DNA of 64,000 nucleotides from Eledone cirrhosa (GCA_964016885.1 OZ024754.1:32860001-32924000); one strand, 5' to 3'. Shown: positions 1-15,930, counted from the first letter of the stretch. Made by a program: numbers and translations. Notes: generated by a model from the letters alone, not told the origin.

Positions 1-453
1 CCACAAATGGCTGCAACTCGATTTCCAGCAGAGCCTCGTAATATATAATTTCATAGAGGTAAATTTGCTGTGACAGTGTAAACTATGGTACCTGTCACAA
101 CTTAGGGGTAGGACCATACCATTTTGGTTTTAAGTAGGATCACCTTTTTACTATTTTCTTAATATATTTATTGAATTAAAAACCGAACAGAGGGTCTACA
201 TTGTTGTTGTCACATCTGTTGTGTGTGTATATATAATGTGTGGGTGTGTGTATATATATGTGTGTGTGTGTATGTGTGTGTGAGTGTATATAATGTGTGT
301 GTGCATATATATATACACATATACACATATATATACACACACATGTATATATATACACACACACACATATATACACACACACACACATATATACACACAT
401 ATATATATACCCCCCCCCCCACACACATATATATATAAACACACACACATATT

Positions 454-484
<31 letters not shown>

Positions 485-646
485 TATATTTATATAAAGA
501 TGTGTGTGTTCATATAAATATAGAGATATGTATATAAACATACATATATATGCATATATATATATATATATACACATGTTTGTATGTATGTATGTATGAA
601 TTTATGCAGCTATATCTATATCTAACTGTCTCTCTCTATCTCTCTC

Positions 647-700
<54 letters not shown>

Positions 701-728
701 CTATCTACAAACAAATTTAAACACACAG

Positions 729-782
<54 letters not shown>

Positions 783-1269
783 CTGTGTGTATGTGTTTGT
801 TTGTAGATAGTTAGATAGATATATGGAGCAAAGTTTCATGAATGCGTCTTACCTCCCTTCATCCCTTCATCACCCAGTCCGAGTGACAGATGCTGGACAG
901 GCGCCATCTTTAATCAGTGTGACAAGAATATGGTGTGGTTGCTAGGTGTTATTATACGGAATACTGTGGTAGGATATGGCCTTTAAAGAGTTAAATCGAC
1001 ACTAGGCTGGCTGAATGATGTTGTACTGTGTTTTCTTACGGCACGGTTGACCGCATAAATAAATGGCTGGATGAATAGCGGATCTAGTTGAATGAGTATG
1101 ATTTATAATTTGGACACTTTGCTGTTTAAACTGACCTGTGGTTCTGTGCACCAGGGAGCGCTCTCCCACATTGTTCCTGGAATATATCATTGAGGGAGCC
1201 GTGGTATAGGTTGCTGATATTTGGGCTTACATACATATACATACATATGTTCATATACGCATGGTCATA

Positions 1270-1982
<713 letters not shown>

Positions 1983-3150
1983 ACTGACCTTAACAACATC
2001 TCTTTCATACCTCCATCACTTCATCCTCCTTTCTCGTTCACTTTATTTTCTTCTTGTGATGAACCTCCGTCGGTTAAGACGAAGATTGTTCTAGTTCTTT
2101 GAGCAACGAAACAGTGAGCTCGTGAGATTAACGTGCAAGTGACCGCGCATTCTACAGTCACGCGTATATTTAATGTAGTTCTCAGTGTTGGGGGATTCAC
2201 TGTAATATAGCGTGTGAGAGAAAGACAGAAAGCGAGAGAGTGAGAGAGAGAAAGAAAGCAAGAAAGCGAATGAGAAAGTGACAGAGAGATAGCACTTTGA
2301 ATTGGAGGTATAGCTGATTTCTGGCAATTTAATGGACTGGAACAACGCGCCGCCAAGAATAGCATTCATGATCTTACGATCATAAGCCCAACAACCTAAC
2401 CACCAAACCACATATCTTCACACATGCACTCACATATATATCAGCCACCACTCTCACAGTCGGTTCTTAATCAATCTAATCTAATCTGGCCGAGTTTACA
2501 CTCGCAAATAAGAAGAACCAGGGCTGCCCCTAGGAGCATTGGATTTGGTGTACTTCCTATTTGTTTCGGTTGCTGAATACAATCAGAGGTCGGTCGCTGC
2601 TTCTCCTGAAGGTCAATAGTTCTCTTCTAACTCGAGCGGGAACACCTTTCCATTCTCAATTTACATTGATCATCTGCAAAGCCGCATTGTTCTCAGAACC
2701 ACTACACCAGTCTTTCGATGCGGGCAGCTGGAACTACTGCCACCCATTGATTTGTCAAGATTTTTTTTTTTTTAGATGTCCGTTGACACTTATGAGTTCT
2801 TCTGCCCTTTGTCAGGTTTTGTTTTTTGTCCTGCAGGGTGTCCAAATAATCTTGGTGGGGTTGCCGGTTTAGTCGCCGACGACCCGACCATGCGACGGGT
2901 TGTACTGGGTTACATGTTACCAATATATCCTCACACAAGTGCGGTGTATTGGTGGAATCGTGAGAACGTCGGACAAAATGTTTTCTAGTATTTAGTTGCG
3001 TCTCTTTACATTCTGAATTCAAATCCAGCTGAAGACAAATTTGTCTTTCATCCTTCGATAAAATATAGTACCAGTAAAATTCTGGTGTCGAAATAATCGA
3101 CTTCCCCTCTCTCAAAATAGCTGACTTTGTGTCCGTTTTAGAAACAATTA

Positions 3151-3329
3151 CCGTATTTCCCGGCGCCGAAGACGCTTCGTCCTCGAGGGCGCACCCTAAT
3201 TTTGACAACCAAAAATATGGAAAAAAAAAATAATAATAATAATAAACAACCTTCGGCCTCCAGGACGGATGGTAGATTTTTTAGGTTTATTTAGGGAAAA
3301 AGTAGCGTCTTCAACGCCGGGAAATACGG
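3151..3329. mobile_element. pogo/Tc2-like MITE
   Basis: TIRs CCGTATTTCCCGGCG..GAAGACGC and GCGTCTTC..CGCCGGGAAATACGG, flanked by TA on both sides. Confidence 0.8.
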
Positions 3330-3927
3330 TATACACTCACACGTACGAGAATATACATTTATTCAAATGTATACGAATACTTATAGTTACACTACACCTG
3401 GAATTAAAGATGGTATGGCCATGACTGGAACGTTAGGTTGAATCAATGTCAGTTGTAATGCCTATGGCCTCTAAAACAAGGCTTTTTAACCAGACTCTGT
3501 TTCATAGAATACTACAGCAGGGTCACTGAAAAACTTGTTCGTTTTCAATCTTTTATATTTTATTTTTATTTTATTTGTGCAGGTTATAGAGCATCCCTTG
3601 TTTTTCACACAGAATACTGAAAAATGAATTTCTTATATTTCCAAATAAAATAATAAAAAAAAAAAACCTATGTGTTTGTAAAAGTTATTTTTGTTTTATA
3701 TCATTCAGTCTTTCAGAGGCCATCCCATATAAGCCGATGGTAGGCAGTGGATTGGCAGAGCCGTTAGAATGTCAAATACAATGCCTTGCGGTATTCATAT
3801 CTGCTCTTTGCTTTCTGAGTTCAAATCCCACCAAGGACAACTTCGCCTTTCATTTTTTTCGAGGTTGATAAAAACGTACTAGTCAAATGTAGGGGTCGAT
3901 TCTTCCTCAATATCTCTTTCTCATTTC

Positions 3928-3980
<53 letters not shown>

Positions 3981-4179
3981 CTTCTCTTGAAGAAATCTAC
4001 TGTGTTCAAATCTGGAGAGTGATGAGCTCTGACAGGTTTAAAAAATGTCTCTCCGGCTCTCAGAAGTTACGCTACCATGCATGTAAAAGATTTTCCTAAA
4101 ATGGGCTCTGAAGAGAAAAAAGAAAAAACACACACACACACACTCTCTCACAACACACACACACAAACACACACACACA

Positions 4180-4235
<56 letters not shown>

Positions 4236-4929
4236 AACACACGCAAATTTGCTAGTGTTCTGTGAGATAATGTATATTTTAATAAAATTTAATAAAAATA
4301 AAAAGTATGTTTATATTTTTTTCTAGATGAATAAATTTCCTCACAAAAGGAATTTTTGTTTCATTTAACGACTTATTAAAATTAGGGAGGTAGGGATTTT
4401 CCGTAAAATATAAATATGGATTCTGTGATATTTTGGAAAATTGTATAAAGGTTTGACGACAATATAAGTTTGGGCATCCCTGGTGTATTCTCTAGGCGGG
4501 CCATAATCTCTCGCAAATCCTTTAAATAACTCTTTACGTGCATTTATTTGGGGTTATGGTGAAACAGAGCGTCTCGAACAATTCCAACCACCACACACAT
4601 TCTTGCTCTCTCTCTCTCTCTCTATCTCTCTTTCTCCCACACACATATATACTCTCTTCTCTCTCCCACACACTCACATATATCACACATATATACACAC
4701 ACTCTTTCTCTCTCTCTCTCCCATACATATACATCACACATAAATACTCTCTCTCTTTCGCACACAGACATTCACTCTTTCTCTCTCTCCCCCATACATA
4801 TATATATAATCTTTCTATCTCTGATTCCTCACGCTTTCTCTTTTATTCTTCTTCTCTCTTTCTTTCTCTCTCTCGACTTTCTCACTCCCTTTCTCTGCCT
4901 CTCCCACACACTATTTCTGTCTTTGCCTC

Positions 4930-4962
<33 letters not shown>

Positions 4963-5179
4963 TCTCTGCTTCGTCCTTATCTCTCTCTCATAACCTCCAT
5001 CGATTTCTAACTCTTCTCTCTCACCCCCTCTCTCTCTCATGTCTATCTATCTATCTATCTATATATATATATATCTATATATATATATCTTTCACTTTCT
5101 CCACTCTCTCTCATGTCTATCTATCAATACATCTATCCACTCATCTCTTTCTCACTCACCCCTCTCTCTCTCTCATGTG

Positions 5180-5219
<40 letters not shown>

Positions 5220-5579
5220 CATTTATGCACCCATCTGTTTCTCTCGCTCTCTCACTCACCCCCCCCCTCTCTCTCTCTCTCATGTGTATCGATCTATCTG
5301 CCTATCCACCCATCTCTCTCTCTCTCTTCTAATATTTTTAAAAGGGTGAATGGTGCAGCCATAAACAATGACCTCCTCTACCACTTAGAATTTCTTTCTA
5401 CTTCCTCCATATAAATACAATCAAATCAAATAAAACAAACCAAGGTAGATCAACCGGAACCGGAGACCAGCAGCAGAAGCAACACCAAGTCTTTTGGCTT
5501 GATGGACCAATAAAAATGAACAAAGGAAAATCACAACAACAACAACAACAACAATAAGAAGAAGAAGAATATCAGACAC

Positions 5580-6882
5580 AATACCACAACCACCAGCACC
5601 ACCACAACCACTAACAACAACAGACAAAAGCAGAAAAATTCACCACCACCACCACCACTACCACCACCACTACCACCACCACCACCACCACCGACACCAC
5701 CACCACCACCACCACCACTACCACCGACACCACCGCCAAACCAACAACAACAACAACAATAACACTACTATAAATAAAACTCGAAACGCCATCATCACCA
5801 ACACCACCATCAGCACCAACATCACCACCACTATCACTACCACCACCACCACCAATAACAACATCAACTCCACCACCACCCATACCACATCATCACCATC
5901 AACAGCACCAAGCCCCGCCACCACCACCATCACAAACTTCACTAACACCAACACAACCAACGACATCACAACCACAACCATCACCACCACCACTAACATC
6001 ACTTCAACCACCAACACCACCACAAATATCACCCTCACCACCAACACCACCACTACTACCAACACCAGCACCACAACCACCAACACCAGCACCACAACCA
6101 CCAGCACCACCACCACAACCACCAACACAACCACAAATATCACCCTCACCACCAACACCACCACTACTACCAACACCAGCACCACAACCACCAACACCAG
6201 CACCACAACCAGCACCACCACCACAAACACAACCACAAATATCACCCTCACCACCAACACCACCAACACCACCACTACCACCAGCACCATCACCACAACC
6301 ACCAGCACCACCACCACAAGCACCACAACCACCAGCACCACCACCACAAGCACCACAACCACCAGCACAACCACCAACACCACCACCACAACCACCAGCA
6401 CCACAACCACCAGCACCACCACCACAAGCACCACAACCACCAGCACCACCACCAACACCACCACCACCAGCACCACCACCAACACCACCACCACCAGCAC
6501 CACCACCACAACCACCAGCACCACCACCAACACCACCACCACCAGCACCACCACCACAACCACCAGCACCACAACCACCAGCACCACCACCACAAGCACC
6601 ACAACCACCAACACCACCACCACCAACACCACCACCACCACAACCACCAACATCACTAACATCACCAACACCACAACCACCAACACCAACACCAACAACC
6701 CCCCCACCACTACAAACACCACCATTACCAATGAAAACACCAACATGATGATGGTGATACCGCTGCCGATAATGGTGATGATGGAGATGATGATGATGAT
6801 GGTGATGATGGTGATGGTGGTGATGATGGTGGTGATGATGGTGGTGATGATGGTGGTGATGATGGTGGTGATGATGATGATG
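5580..6882. repeat. Degenerate (ACC/CAC)n trinucleotide tract; similar tracts at 9485-10515, 12400-13180, 25750-27135, 32010-32400 and 59060-59830
   Basis: Low-complexity, strand-skewed triplet repeats. Confidence 0.9.
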
Positions 6883-7084
6883 GCAGAGAATATTAATTCA
6901 AATAAAATATAAAAAAAAGTAAAACTAAAAAATGTAAATAATAGAAATAAAACAAAATAATAAAACTGCAACACCTTGTCTCCTCTTCTGGCATCAAAAC
7001 ACAACACCAAGCACTGTGTGCATGTGTCTATATATGTATGTGTACGGATGTGAATGGGTGTACGTGCGTGTGTATGCGTTTGTG

Positions 7085-7510
7085 TTTGTCTGTGTATGTG
7101 TGTCTATCTATATATGTATGTGTACGGGTGTGTATGTGTGTACCTGTGTTTGTCTGTGTATGTGTGTCTATCTATATATGTATGTGTACGGGTGTGTATG
7201 TGTGTACCTGTGTTTGTCTGTGTATGTGTGTCTATCTATATATGTATGTGTACGGGTGTGTATGTGTGTACCTGTGTTTGTCTGTGTATGTGTGTCTATC
7301 TATATATGTATGTGTACGGGTGTGTATGTGTGTACCTGTGTTTGTCTGTGTATGTGTGTCTATCTATATATGTATGTGTACGGGTGTGTATGTGTGTACC
7401 TGTGTTTGTCTGTGTATGTGTGTCTATGTATATATGTATGTGTACGGGTGTGTATGTGTGTACCTGTGTTTGTCTGTGTATGTGTGTCTATCTATGTATG
7501 TGTACGGGTG
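7085..7510. repeat. 62-bp TG/TA-derived minisatellite, ~7 units
   Basis: GTACGGGTGTGTATGTGTGTACCTGTGTTTGTCTG... recurs every 62 bp. Confidence 0.88.
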
Positions 7511-7739
7511 TGTATGGGTGTACGTGTGTGTGTATGTGTTTGTGTTTGTCTGTGTATGTGTGTCTATGTATATATAAATATAGATATATGTATGTGTAAG
7601 AGTGTGTATGGGTTAACGTTAGTGTGTGTTTATGTGTTTGTGTGTGTGTATATGTCAGTGTACGTGTCTGTATGTGTATGTGTGTACGTGTGTATGGGTT
7701 TATGTCTGTGTGTGTATGTGTATGTGCTTGTCTGTCTGA

Positions 7740-7793
<54 letters not shown>

Positions 7794-7895
7794 CAGTGTA
7801 CGCATGTGTAGGTGTATGCGTATTTGTTTTTTTTATGTCTGTGTCTATGTATTTATACCTTTGTATGTGTATGTAATTGTCTGTCTGTGTGTGTC

Positions 7896-7926
<31 letters not shown>

Positions 7927-8104
7927 GTCAGTGTACGTGTGTGTATGTGTTTATGTCTGTGTGTGTCTGTCTGTGTATGTTTGTGTGTGTGTATCCATGG
8001 GTCAAAATAAACTATGATTTATGTGTATGTCTTACAAACTATTATGTCCGTCCACTCTAAAAAAAAAGCAACACACACACACACACATGCGCACACACAC
8101 ACAT

Positions 8105-8161
<57 letters not shown>

Positions 8162-8247
8162 CATATATATATATATAAGCTTGGGTTTTTATAGAAACAA
8201 TACTGATATCTCACGAGTTTCATAGATTTAAAGCTATCATATTTCGC

Positions 8248-8307
<60 letters not shown>

Positions 8308-8329
8308 TATATATATACACATATATATA

Positions 8330-8430
8330 AAGGGGGTCCCCAAAAAATGTTTACATATTTCAACACGATTCTAATAAATATCGCCTGTACAGGTAATCAA
8401 ATTGTGTATATATATTTTTGGGACACCCTG
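8330..8430. mobile_element. Tc1/mariner-type MITE (~100 bp)
   Basis: Degenerate copy of 24586-24685; right TIR TTTTGGGACACCCTG. Confidence 0.7.
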
Positions 8431-8689
8431 TGTGTGTATAAATATATATATATGTGTGTGTGTGTATATATGTATGCATATACAATATAAATATATTTAT
8501 ATATATATGTATGCATATACAATATAAATATATTTATATATATATGTATGTATATACAATATAAATATATTTATATATATATATAAGATTATCAGAATAG
8601 ACGTGTCCAACTCGGACTATAACCGGTGCAATAAAATCAGTAACTCGAATATATGAATATAAATACGTGAATACGTGTGTCTATACCCC

Positions 8690-8720
<31 letters not shown>

Positions 8721-8811
8721 CTATATATGTATATATATATGTATATATATGTATATATATGTATATATATATATGTACATATATATGTGTATATATATAT
8801 AAATATATATA

Positions 8812-8844
<33 letters not shown>

Positions 8845-8927
8845 GTGTGTGTGTGTTTTAACACACACATACAAACATACATGCTTAGATACACACATGC
8901 ATAATACACTTAGATTCATACATATAT

Positions 8928-9008
<81 letters not shown>

Positions 9009-9123
9009 CATACATTTATACATAAATAAATATATAAATACATTTATACATACATAAATATATACATTCACTTACATTTATACAAACATACATACCTACA
9101 TATACATATATATATATATACAT

Positions 9124-9181
<58 letters not shown>

Positions 9182-9303
9182 GAAAAGTATAGAAATTATT
9201 ATGAGAAAGAAGCACACAGTATTTCATAATATATATATATATATATATACTATACATACATATTCATTCTATACATACACATGCAGTCTATACATATATA
9301 TAT

Positions 9304-9342
<39 letters not shown>

Positions 9343-10765
9343 TGTGTGTATAGACAGTTAATCCATTGTGGCAAGTATAAATAAGGAGGGGGAGTCGACA
9401 AGAGACATAGCTGGATATTAAGTATGGGTCTTTATACGCCATTACAGCTATCATTATAACAATACCATTAAACAAGACAACATGTCACCACCACCACCAC
9501 CACCACGACCATCACCACCTCCACCAGCAACAACACTGATGCTACCACCACCACCACCACCACCACCAGCAACAACACTGCTGCTACCACCACCATCACC
9601 ACCGCCACCACCACCTCCACCAGCAACAACACTACTGCTACCACCACCACCACCGCCACCACCACCACCATCACCTCCACCACCACCAGCAACAACACTG
9701 CTGCTACCACCACCATCACCACCACCTCCACCACCACCAGCAACAACACTGCTGCTACCACCACCACCACCACCATCACCGCCATCACCGGCTCTACCAC
9801 CAGCAGCAACAACACTACTGCTAGCACCACCACCTACATCACCGCCACCACCACCACCACCACCACCTACATCACTAGCACCACCACCACCACCATCAAC
9901 CACATCCCCACCAATAACATCATCACCACCATCATCATCACCATCATCACCGTCAAAATATTTATCATCACAACCATCAACGACATCACCACCTCAACCA
10001 TCAACATAACCACTACCAACCTCATCACCACCATCAACAACACCACCATCACCATCACCACCACCAACTTCAACAATACCACCACTATCAGCAACATCAC
10101 TACTGGCACCATCACCAACATCACCATCACCACCATCACCACCATCACTACAATCACTACCAGCACCACCATAACCACCAACCTCAACAATACCACCACT
10201 ACCATCACCAACATCAACGATACCAACACTATCACCAACATCACTGCCGCCACCATCACCACCATCACCACTATCACCAACCTCTCCACCATCACCACTA
10301 TCACCAACCTCACCACCATCACCACCATCACCACCATCACCAACCTCACCACCATCACCACCATCACCACTATCACCAACCTCACCACTATCACCAACCT
10401 CACCACCATCACCACCATCATCACCACTACCATCACCATCACCACCATCAACAATACCACCACTATCACTACCATCACCACCATGAACAATACCACCACT
10501 CTCACCAACATCACTAATATAAAAGGAGAGTTGTACCAACATATCGACTACATAACAGCCATAAAAGACAAGTTAAGAGATATAGTGGCGTTAGGCCAAT
10601 GTGAAATTTCCTATGAGGAATATATAATCTTTTATTGTCATCAATAATTTTCTACAGACTCGGCTATTTCACCTTTTTTCTGTTTATTTTCTTTTTTTTT
10701 CTTACATTTTTTCGATGTCGTTATTCTACAAACATGTATGTATACCTACGAGTTTAAGATATTAT

Positions 10766-10820
<55 letters not shown>

Positions 10821-10854
10821 TATATATATGTATATATATAAATATATATATATG

Positions 10855-10889
<35 letters not shown>

Positions 10890-10990
10890 GTTTGTATGTA
10901 TAGATAGATAGATGTTAGTGCGTATGTGTCACGCATATATGTGTATCCATATATATTTGTAAATACATATATGATTAAATATATATATAT

Positions 10991-11030
<40 letters not shown>

Positions 11031-11195
11031 AATATATAAATAGAGAGAGAGAGAGAGAAATAGATCGATAGATAGAGAGATAGAGAGATATATATAATAT
11101 ATATATTTATATATATATATATTCATACATATATACATACATACATATATACATAGATACATACATGCATATATATATATACATAGATACATACA

Positions 11196-11247
<52 letters not shown>

Positions 11248-12276
11248 GAGAGAGAGAGAAATAGATCGATAGAGAGATAGATAGATATATGATATGATAT
11301 ATGTATAAATGTATTATATAAAAATATGTATAAATTCAAATATATATTTGGACATATATTTATTATACAAACGTATTTCTGCACACATATAGGTACATTT
11401 ATATACACGTATATATATGTCTGTGTGTGTGTGTGTGTGTGTCTTGTTATTATGTATATACACACACACTCACACATACACATTGTAGTTCGGTGATGTT
11501 GTTGTTGGTGGCGGTGGATTGTCACAATCAGTAGAGATTCGGACACAATATTTCATGGTAAGAGTCACGGCCTTTTAAGTTCTCATTTCAAACTCCACCA
11601 AGATTCGCGTTGCCTTTCATCGTTACGGGGTCGATACAATAAAGTATCTGTAACGCAATGGGGTCAATTTAATCGACTTTCTCTTCCTCCAAAATTGCTG
11701 GCCTTTTGCCAAAACCGGAAACCATTATTGCATCTGAATAGCTTGTCTCTCGGGTTTTTCACAAGCTCCGTAAGTATTTTTAAAAAGTGTTTTTTTGTCA
11801 GCACAAAGGTTTGCATTTGTTAACTCTTGCTGCCCTTTTTGTTGCGAAATTGACCCCAAGTACTTCGTTTCTTGAGTTCATTAATGGTCCAGGATTGTTG
11901 TGGAGCTTTCATTAAAAAAAAAAAAAACATGGCCAAAACATTAACAAATCACAAAACAAAACAAGCGAAAGATGTTTAAAAAGAATGTTACAAGAGGATG
12001 TTTTCCGGTGAGGAAGAGAAAATGTTTAAAAAAAGGTAGTGAGATAGCAAACGTACAAAATAGTTGGAAAAACGAAAAGAAAATGTGGTGGTAGTCATGG
12101 CTGGAATGCTTTTGATTATAGGCTTGAGTGATCCGGTCTGACTTAGCTCTGAGCAGCTGCACCAACAACAATAATAGCGACAACAACTAAGATAACAACA
12201 AAAGAAAGGACGACATCAGAGCCTAAACGATAATAAGAACAGCAACACTAACAACAACAATGTCAACAACAACAAC

Positions 12277-12316
<40 letters not shown>

Positions 12317-14160
12317 GGAAGAACACGGCCAATAATTGCATCAGGAAGAATTAAACACGGACGAACATCAGTGACGAGTGCTGTGACATAAAGACAACAA
12401 CGACAGCGACAACAACAACGATGACGACAACGACGACGACGACGACAACAACAACAACAATCACGACGACGACGACGACAACAGTGTCATAGGTGCCGAG
12501 TGCAGTGACATAAAAACAACAACAATAACAACAATCACCACCACCACGACAACAACAACAGTGTTATAGGTGCCGAGTGCAGTGACATAAAAACAACAAC
12601 AACAACAATAACAACAGTGACAACAAGACGACCACCAACAACAACACCAACAACACCAACACCAATAACAACAGTGACACCACCAACACCAACAACACCA
12701 CCCCCACCAACAACACCAACAACACCAACAACAACACCAACAACAACACCACCAATAATACCACCAACATCCCACCACCAACAACACCAACAACAACCCC
12801 ACCAACCCCACCACCACCACCACCACCACCAACACCACCACCACCATCACCAACACCACCACCACCACCACTACTACTATTAATACTATTACTACCACCA
12901 GTGACATAGGTTAGAGTGCAGTGACACCACCACCAACAACAACAACACCAACACCAACACCACCGCCGCCACCAATAATACGAACAACAACAACAACAAC
13001 ACCACCACCACAACCACAACACCAACACTACCACCACCACCAATAATACCACCAGAACCCCACCACCACCACCACAACAACAACACCACCATCACTTCCA
13101 CCAACACCACCACCACAACAACACCACCAACACCACCGCCGCCACCAATAACCCCCACCCCCACCACCATCACTACTAGTGACATAGGTTAGGAGTTCAG
13201 TGACATAAACACTACAGACTATCATAAACACCAACTACGACAATTGGCCAACACAATTAGCTACAATAACTATAAAATATATCAAGATGGCGGAAAAATA
13301 ATATCAATTAGGAAAGGGTCAAAGTTGAACACTGTGTCACTTTATTATGGCTGTGTGTTGGTGTATTGGTGTGTGTGTTGGTGTATTGGTGTCTGTTGGT
13401 GGGTTGTTGTTGTGCCGGTGTATTGGTGTGTGTGTGTGTTGGTGTATTAGTGTGTGTGTTGGTGTGTGTGTGTTGGTGTGTTTGTGTGTGTATGTGTGTG
13501 TATGTGTGTGTATTGGTGTGTGTTGGTGTGTGTGTGTGTTGGTGTATTGGTGTGGGTGTTGGTGTGGGTGTGTGTTGGAGTGTGTGTTGGTGGGTGTGTA
13601 TGTGTGTTGGTGTGTGTGCATTGGTGGGTTGGTGTTGGTGTGTGTGTGTATGTTGGTGTGTGCGTGTATCTGTGTGTGTATGTGTTGGTGTACGTATGTG
13701 TATATGCGTATGTGTTAGTGTACGTGCGTATGTGTGTGTGTGTGTGTTTGTGTTGGTGTACGTATGTGTATATGTGTATGTGTATGTTGGTGTACGTGCG
13801 CATATGTGTGTTTGTGTATGTATGTGTTGGTGTACGTGCGCATATGTGTGTGTGTTTGTGTATGTATGTATGTGTTGGTGTACGTGCGCATATGTGTGTG
13901 TGTTTGTGTATGTATGAATGCGTCAGTGTATGAGCATGTGTGTGTGTGAGTGAGAGAAAGAGAGAGAGATAGGAAGAGAGCGAAAGCGAGGGAGAGGTCT
14001 GTATATGTACACGTGCTTTTGGGATATGTATCTGTATACGAGAGCAAATGATTCTCTGCGTCTATTTAATTTAAGCGTCTTAATATATTTGCGTGTGATA
14101 TGTGTATATACATATATATATATATATACTCATATACATACATACACACATATATATATA

Positions 14161-14203
<43 letters not shown>

Positions 14204-14429
14204 TCATATACATACATACACACATATATATATATATATATGTGTGTGTATATATATATATATATATACTCATATACATACATACACACATATATATATA
14301 TATGTGTGTGTATATATATATATATATATATACTCATATACATACATACACACACATATATATATGTGTATGTATGTATATGAGCATATATATATATATA
14401 TATATGCTCATATACATACATACACACAC

Positions 14430-14461
<32 letters not shown>

Positions 14462-14830
14462 GTGTGTGTGTGTGTGTGTACATACATATATATACTCATA
14501 TAAATATGTATACACACACATTCAAACACAGACACACACACAGGGAAGGAAGGGGTGTGTGTGTACGTGTGTATGAGCTTACTTTTGGGATGTCTCAGAG
14601 TCTGTTTATGTGGAGGGAGGAGGGGGGGTATAGGTTCGTGATGAGTAGGTGGGAGGTAGAGAAAAGGAGGAAGAGGACAAGGGAGAGGGTAACATGGAGG
14701 GAAGGGGGATTTTTAATTTCGGCGCTTGTTTGTGTGTTAAGTACGTGCGTGTGCGTGTACCTGTGCGCATGTGTATGTGTGCGCACGTGCATTTGTGCGT
14801 GTGTATATATTTCTCTTTACACACACACAC

Positions 14831-14879
<49 letters not shown>

Positions 14880-14882
<3 letters not shown>

Positions 14883-15052
14883 TGAAATTTCGATCTTACA
14901 AAATTCACGGGGTTTTAAAAAAAATTCGTTGTAACGGAAAATTCATTATAACGAGATCGACTTAACACATAGAGCGTGCGGCGGGGGATTGAAGACATTT
15001 CTTTATACTGAAAAATTCGTTATAATGGTATTCGTTATAACGGAATCTTACC
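14880..15052. mobile_element. Tigger/pogo-like MITE remnant
   Basis: Starts TA-CAGTGAAATTTCG, has repeated TTCGTTATAACG subterminal motifs, and sits within (TA)n. Confidence 0.5.
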
Positions 15053-15105
15053 TATATATATATATAGGTAAGATTCCGTTATAACGAATATGTATATATA
15101 TATAT

Positions 15106-15712
15106 GGTGGCTGCCAACTCGTTTTCGAGTACGGCCACTACTTTATATCCATGTAGGAGAACCCCTACCGATGCGCTGAACGAATGTAACTTTTTAGTCC
15201 AGCCAGCGACTTGAAAACTCTGGTACAAAGACTACACTTGTGACCATTATTGACACATAGTGCAGGGCCCATGGTACCATGTGATGACAAGTGCAGAGAG
15301 ATCTCCAGATATAAAGAAATGCCTGTGCTGTGAAGCTTTTATAGTGAGCAAAGGCACTGCACAAAGCCAGTCCCACTCTCTTAACCAAGATGATATTTAC
15401 CAAAAAGAAGAACAAGTCAACATCATTGGATACCATCAGGGTTGCAGGTGTTATATCAGAGTTTTCCTTCTCCTAGAATTCTGCCTTGACAAAGGCTAAG
15501 GGGTCATCTCTCCCGGTGATTTTGGATGGCTATTGACTCTTAAGAGCTCCCTTGCCCTTTGACAGGTTTTGTTTTTAGTCCTGCAGGATGTCCAAAGTCA
15601 CCCTCCTCACCAAGAAACCTTGGTGGGGTTGCCAGTTTAGTCGCCAACGACCCGACCATGAGACAGGTTGTACTGGAATACATGTTACCAGTAGCACCAA
15701 GTGGTGACCTGA
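15106..15712 (-). mobile_element. Internally deleted RTE-like element (5' UTR-like part joined to a C-terminal zinc finger)
   Basis: The minus strand encodes HKCSLCTRVFKSLAGLKSYIRSAH near 15170-15245. 15465-15700 resembles RTE-type 5' sequence and is repeated at 2800-2925. Confidence 0.5.
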
Positions 15713-15713
15713 C

Positions 15714-15748
<35 letters not shown>

Positions 15749-15889
15749 TAGGTAAGATTCCGGTGTATATATATATACGTATATATACCCTTGAAAGGCT
15801 TGCTGAACACACAATCCGGAACCGCATATTTTTCTTGAAATACTTCAGACGCCTCTCTTAGAATAGTCTGATGTTTTCCACAGAAATAC

Positions 15890-15924
<35 letters not shown>

Positions 15925-15930
15925 TATACA

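Noticed and set aside
5718-7010. 430-aa poly-Val ORF and its mucin-like Thr-rich opposite frame
   Set aside because: Degenerate (ACC)n repeat with no non-repetitive domain or splice context.
9482-10009. Extensin/formin-like poly-Pro ORF
   Set aside because: Trinucleotide tandem repeat that is open in several frames on both strands.
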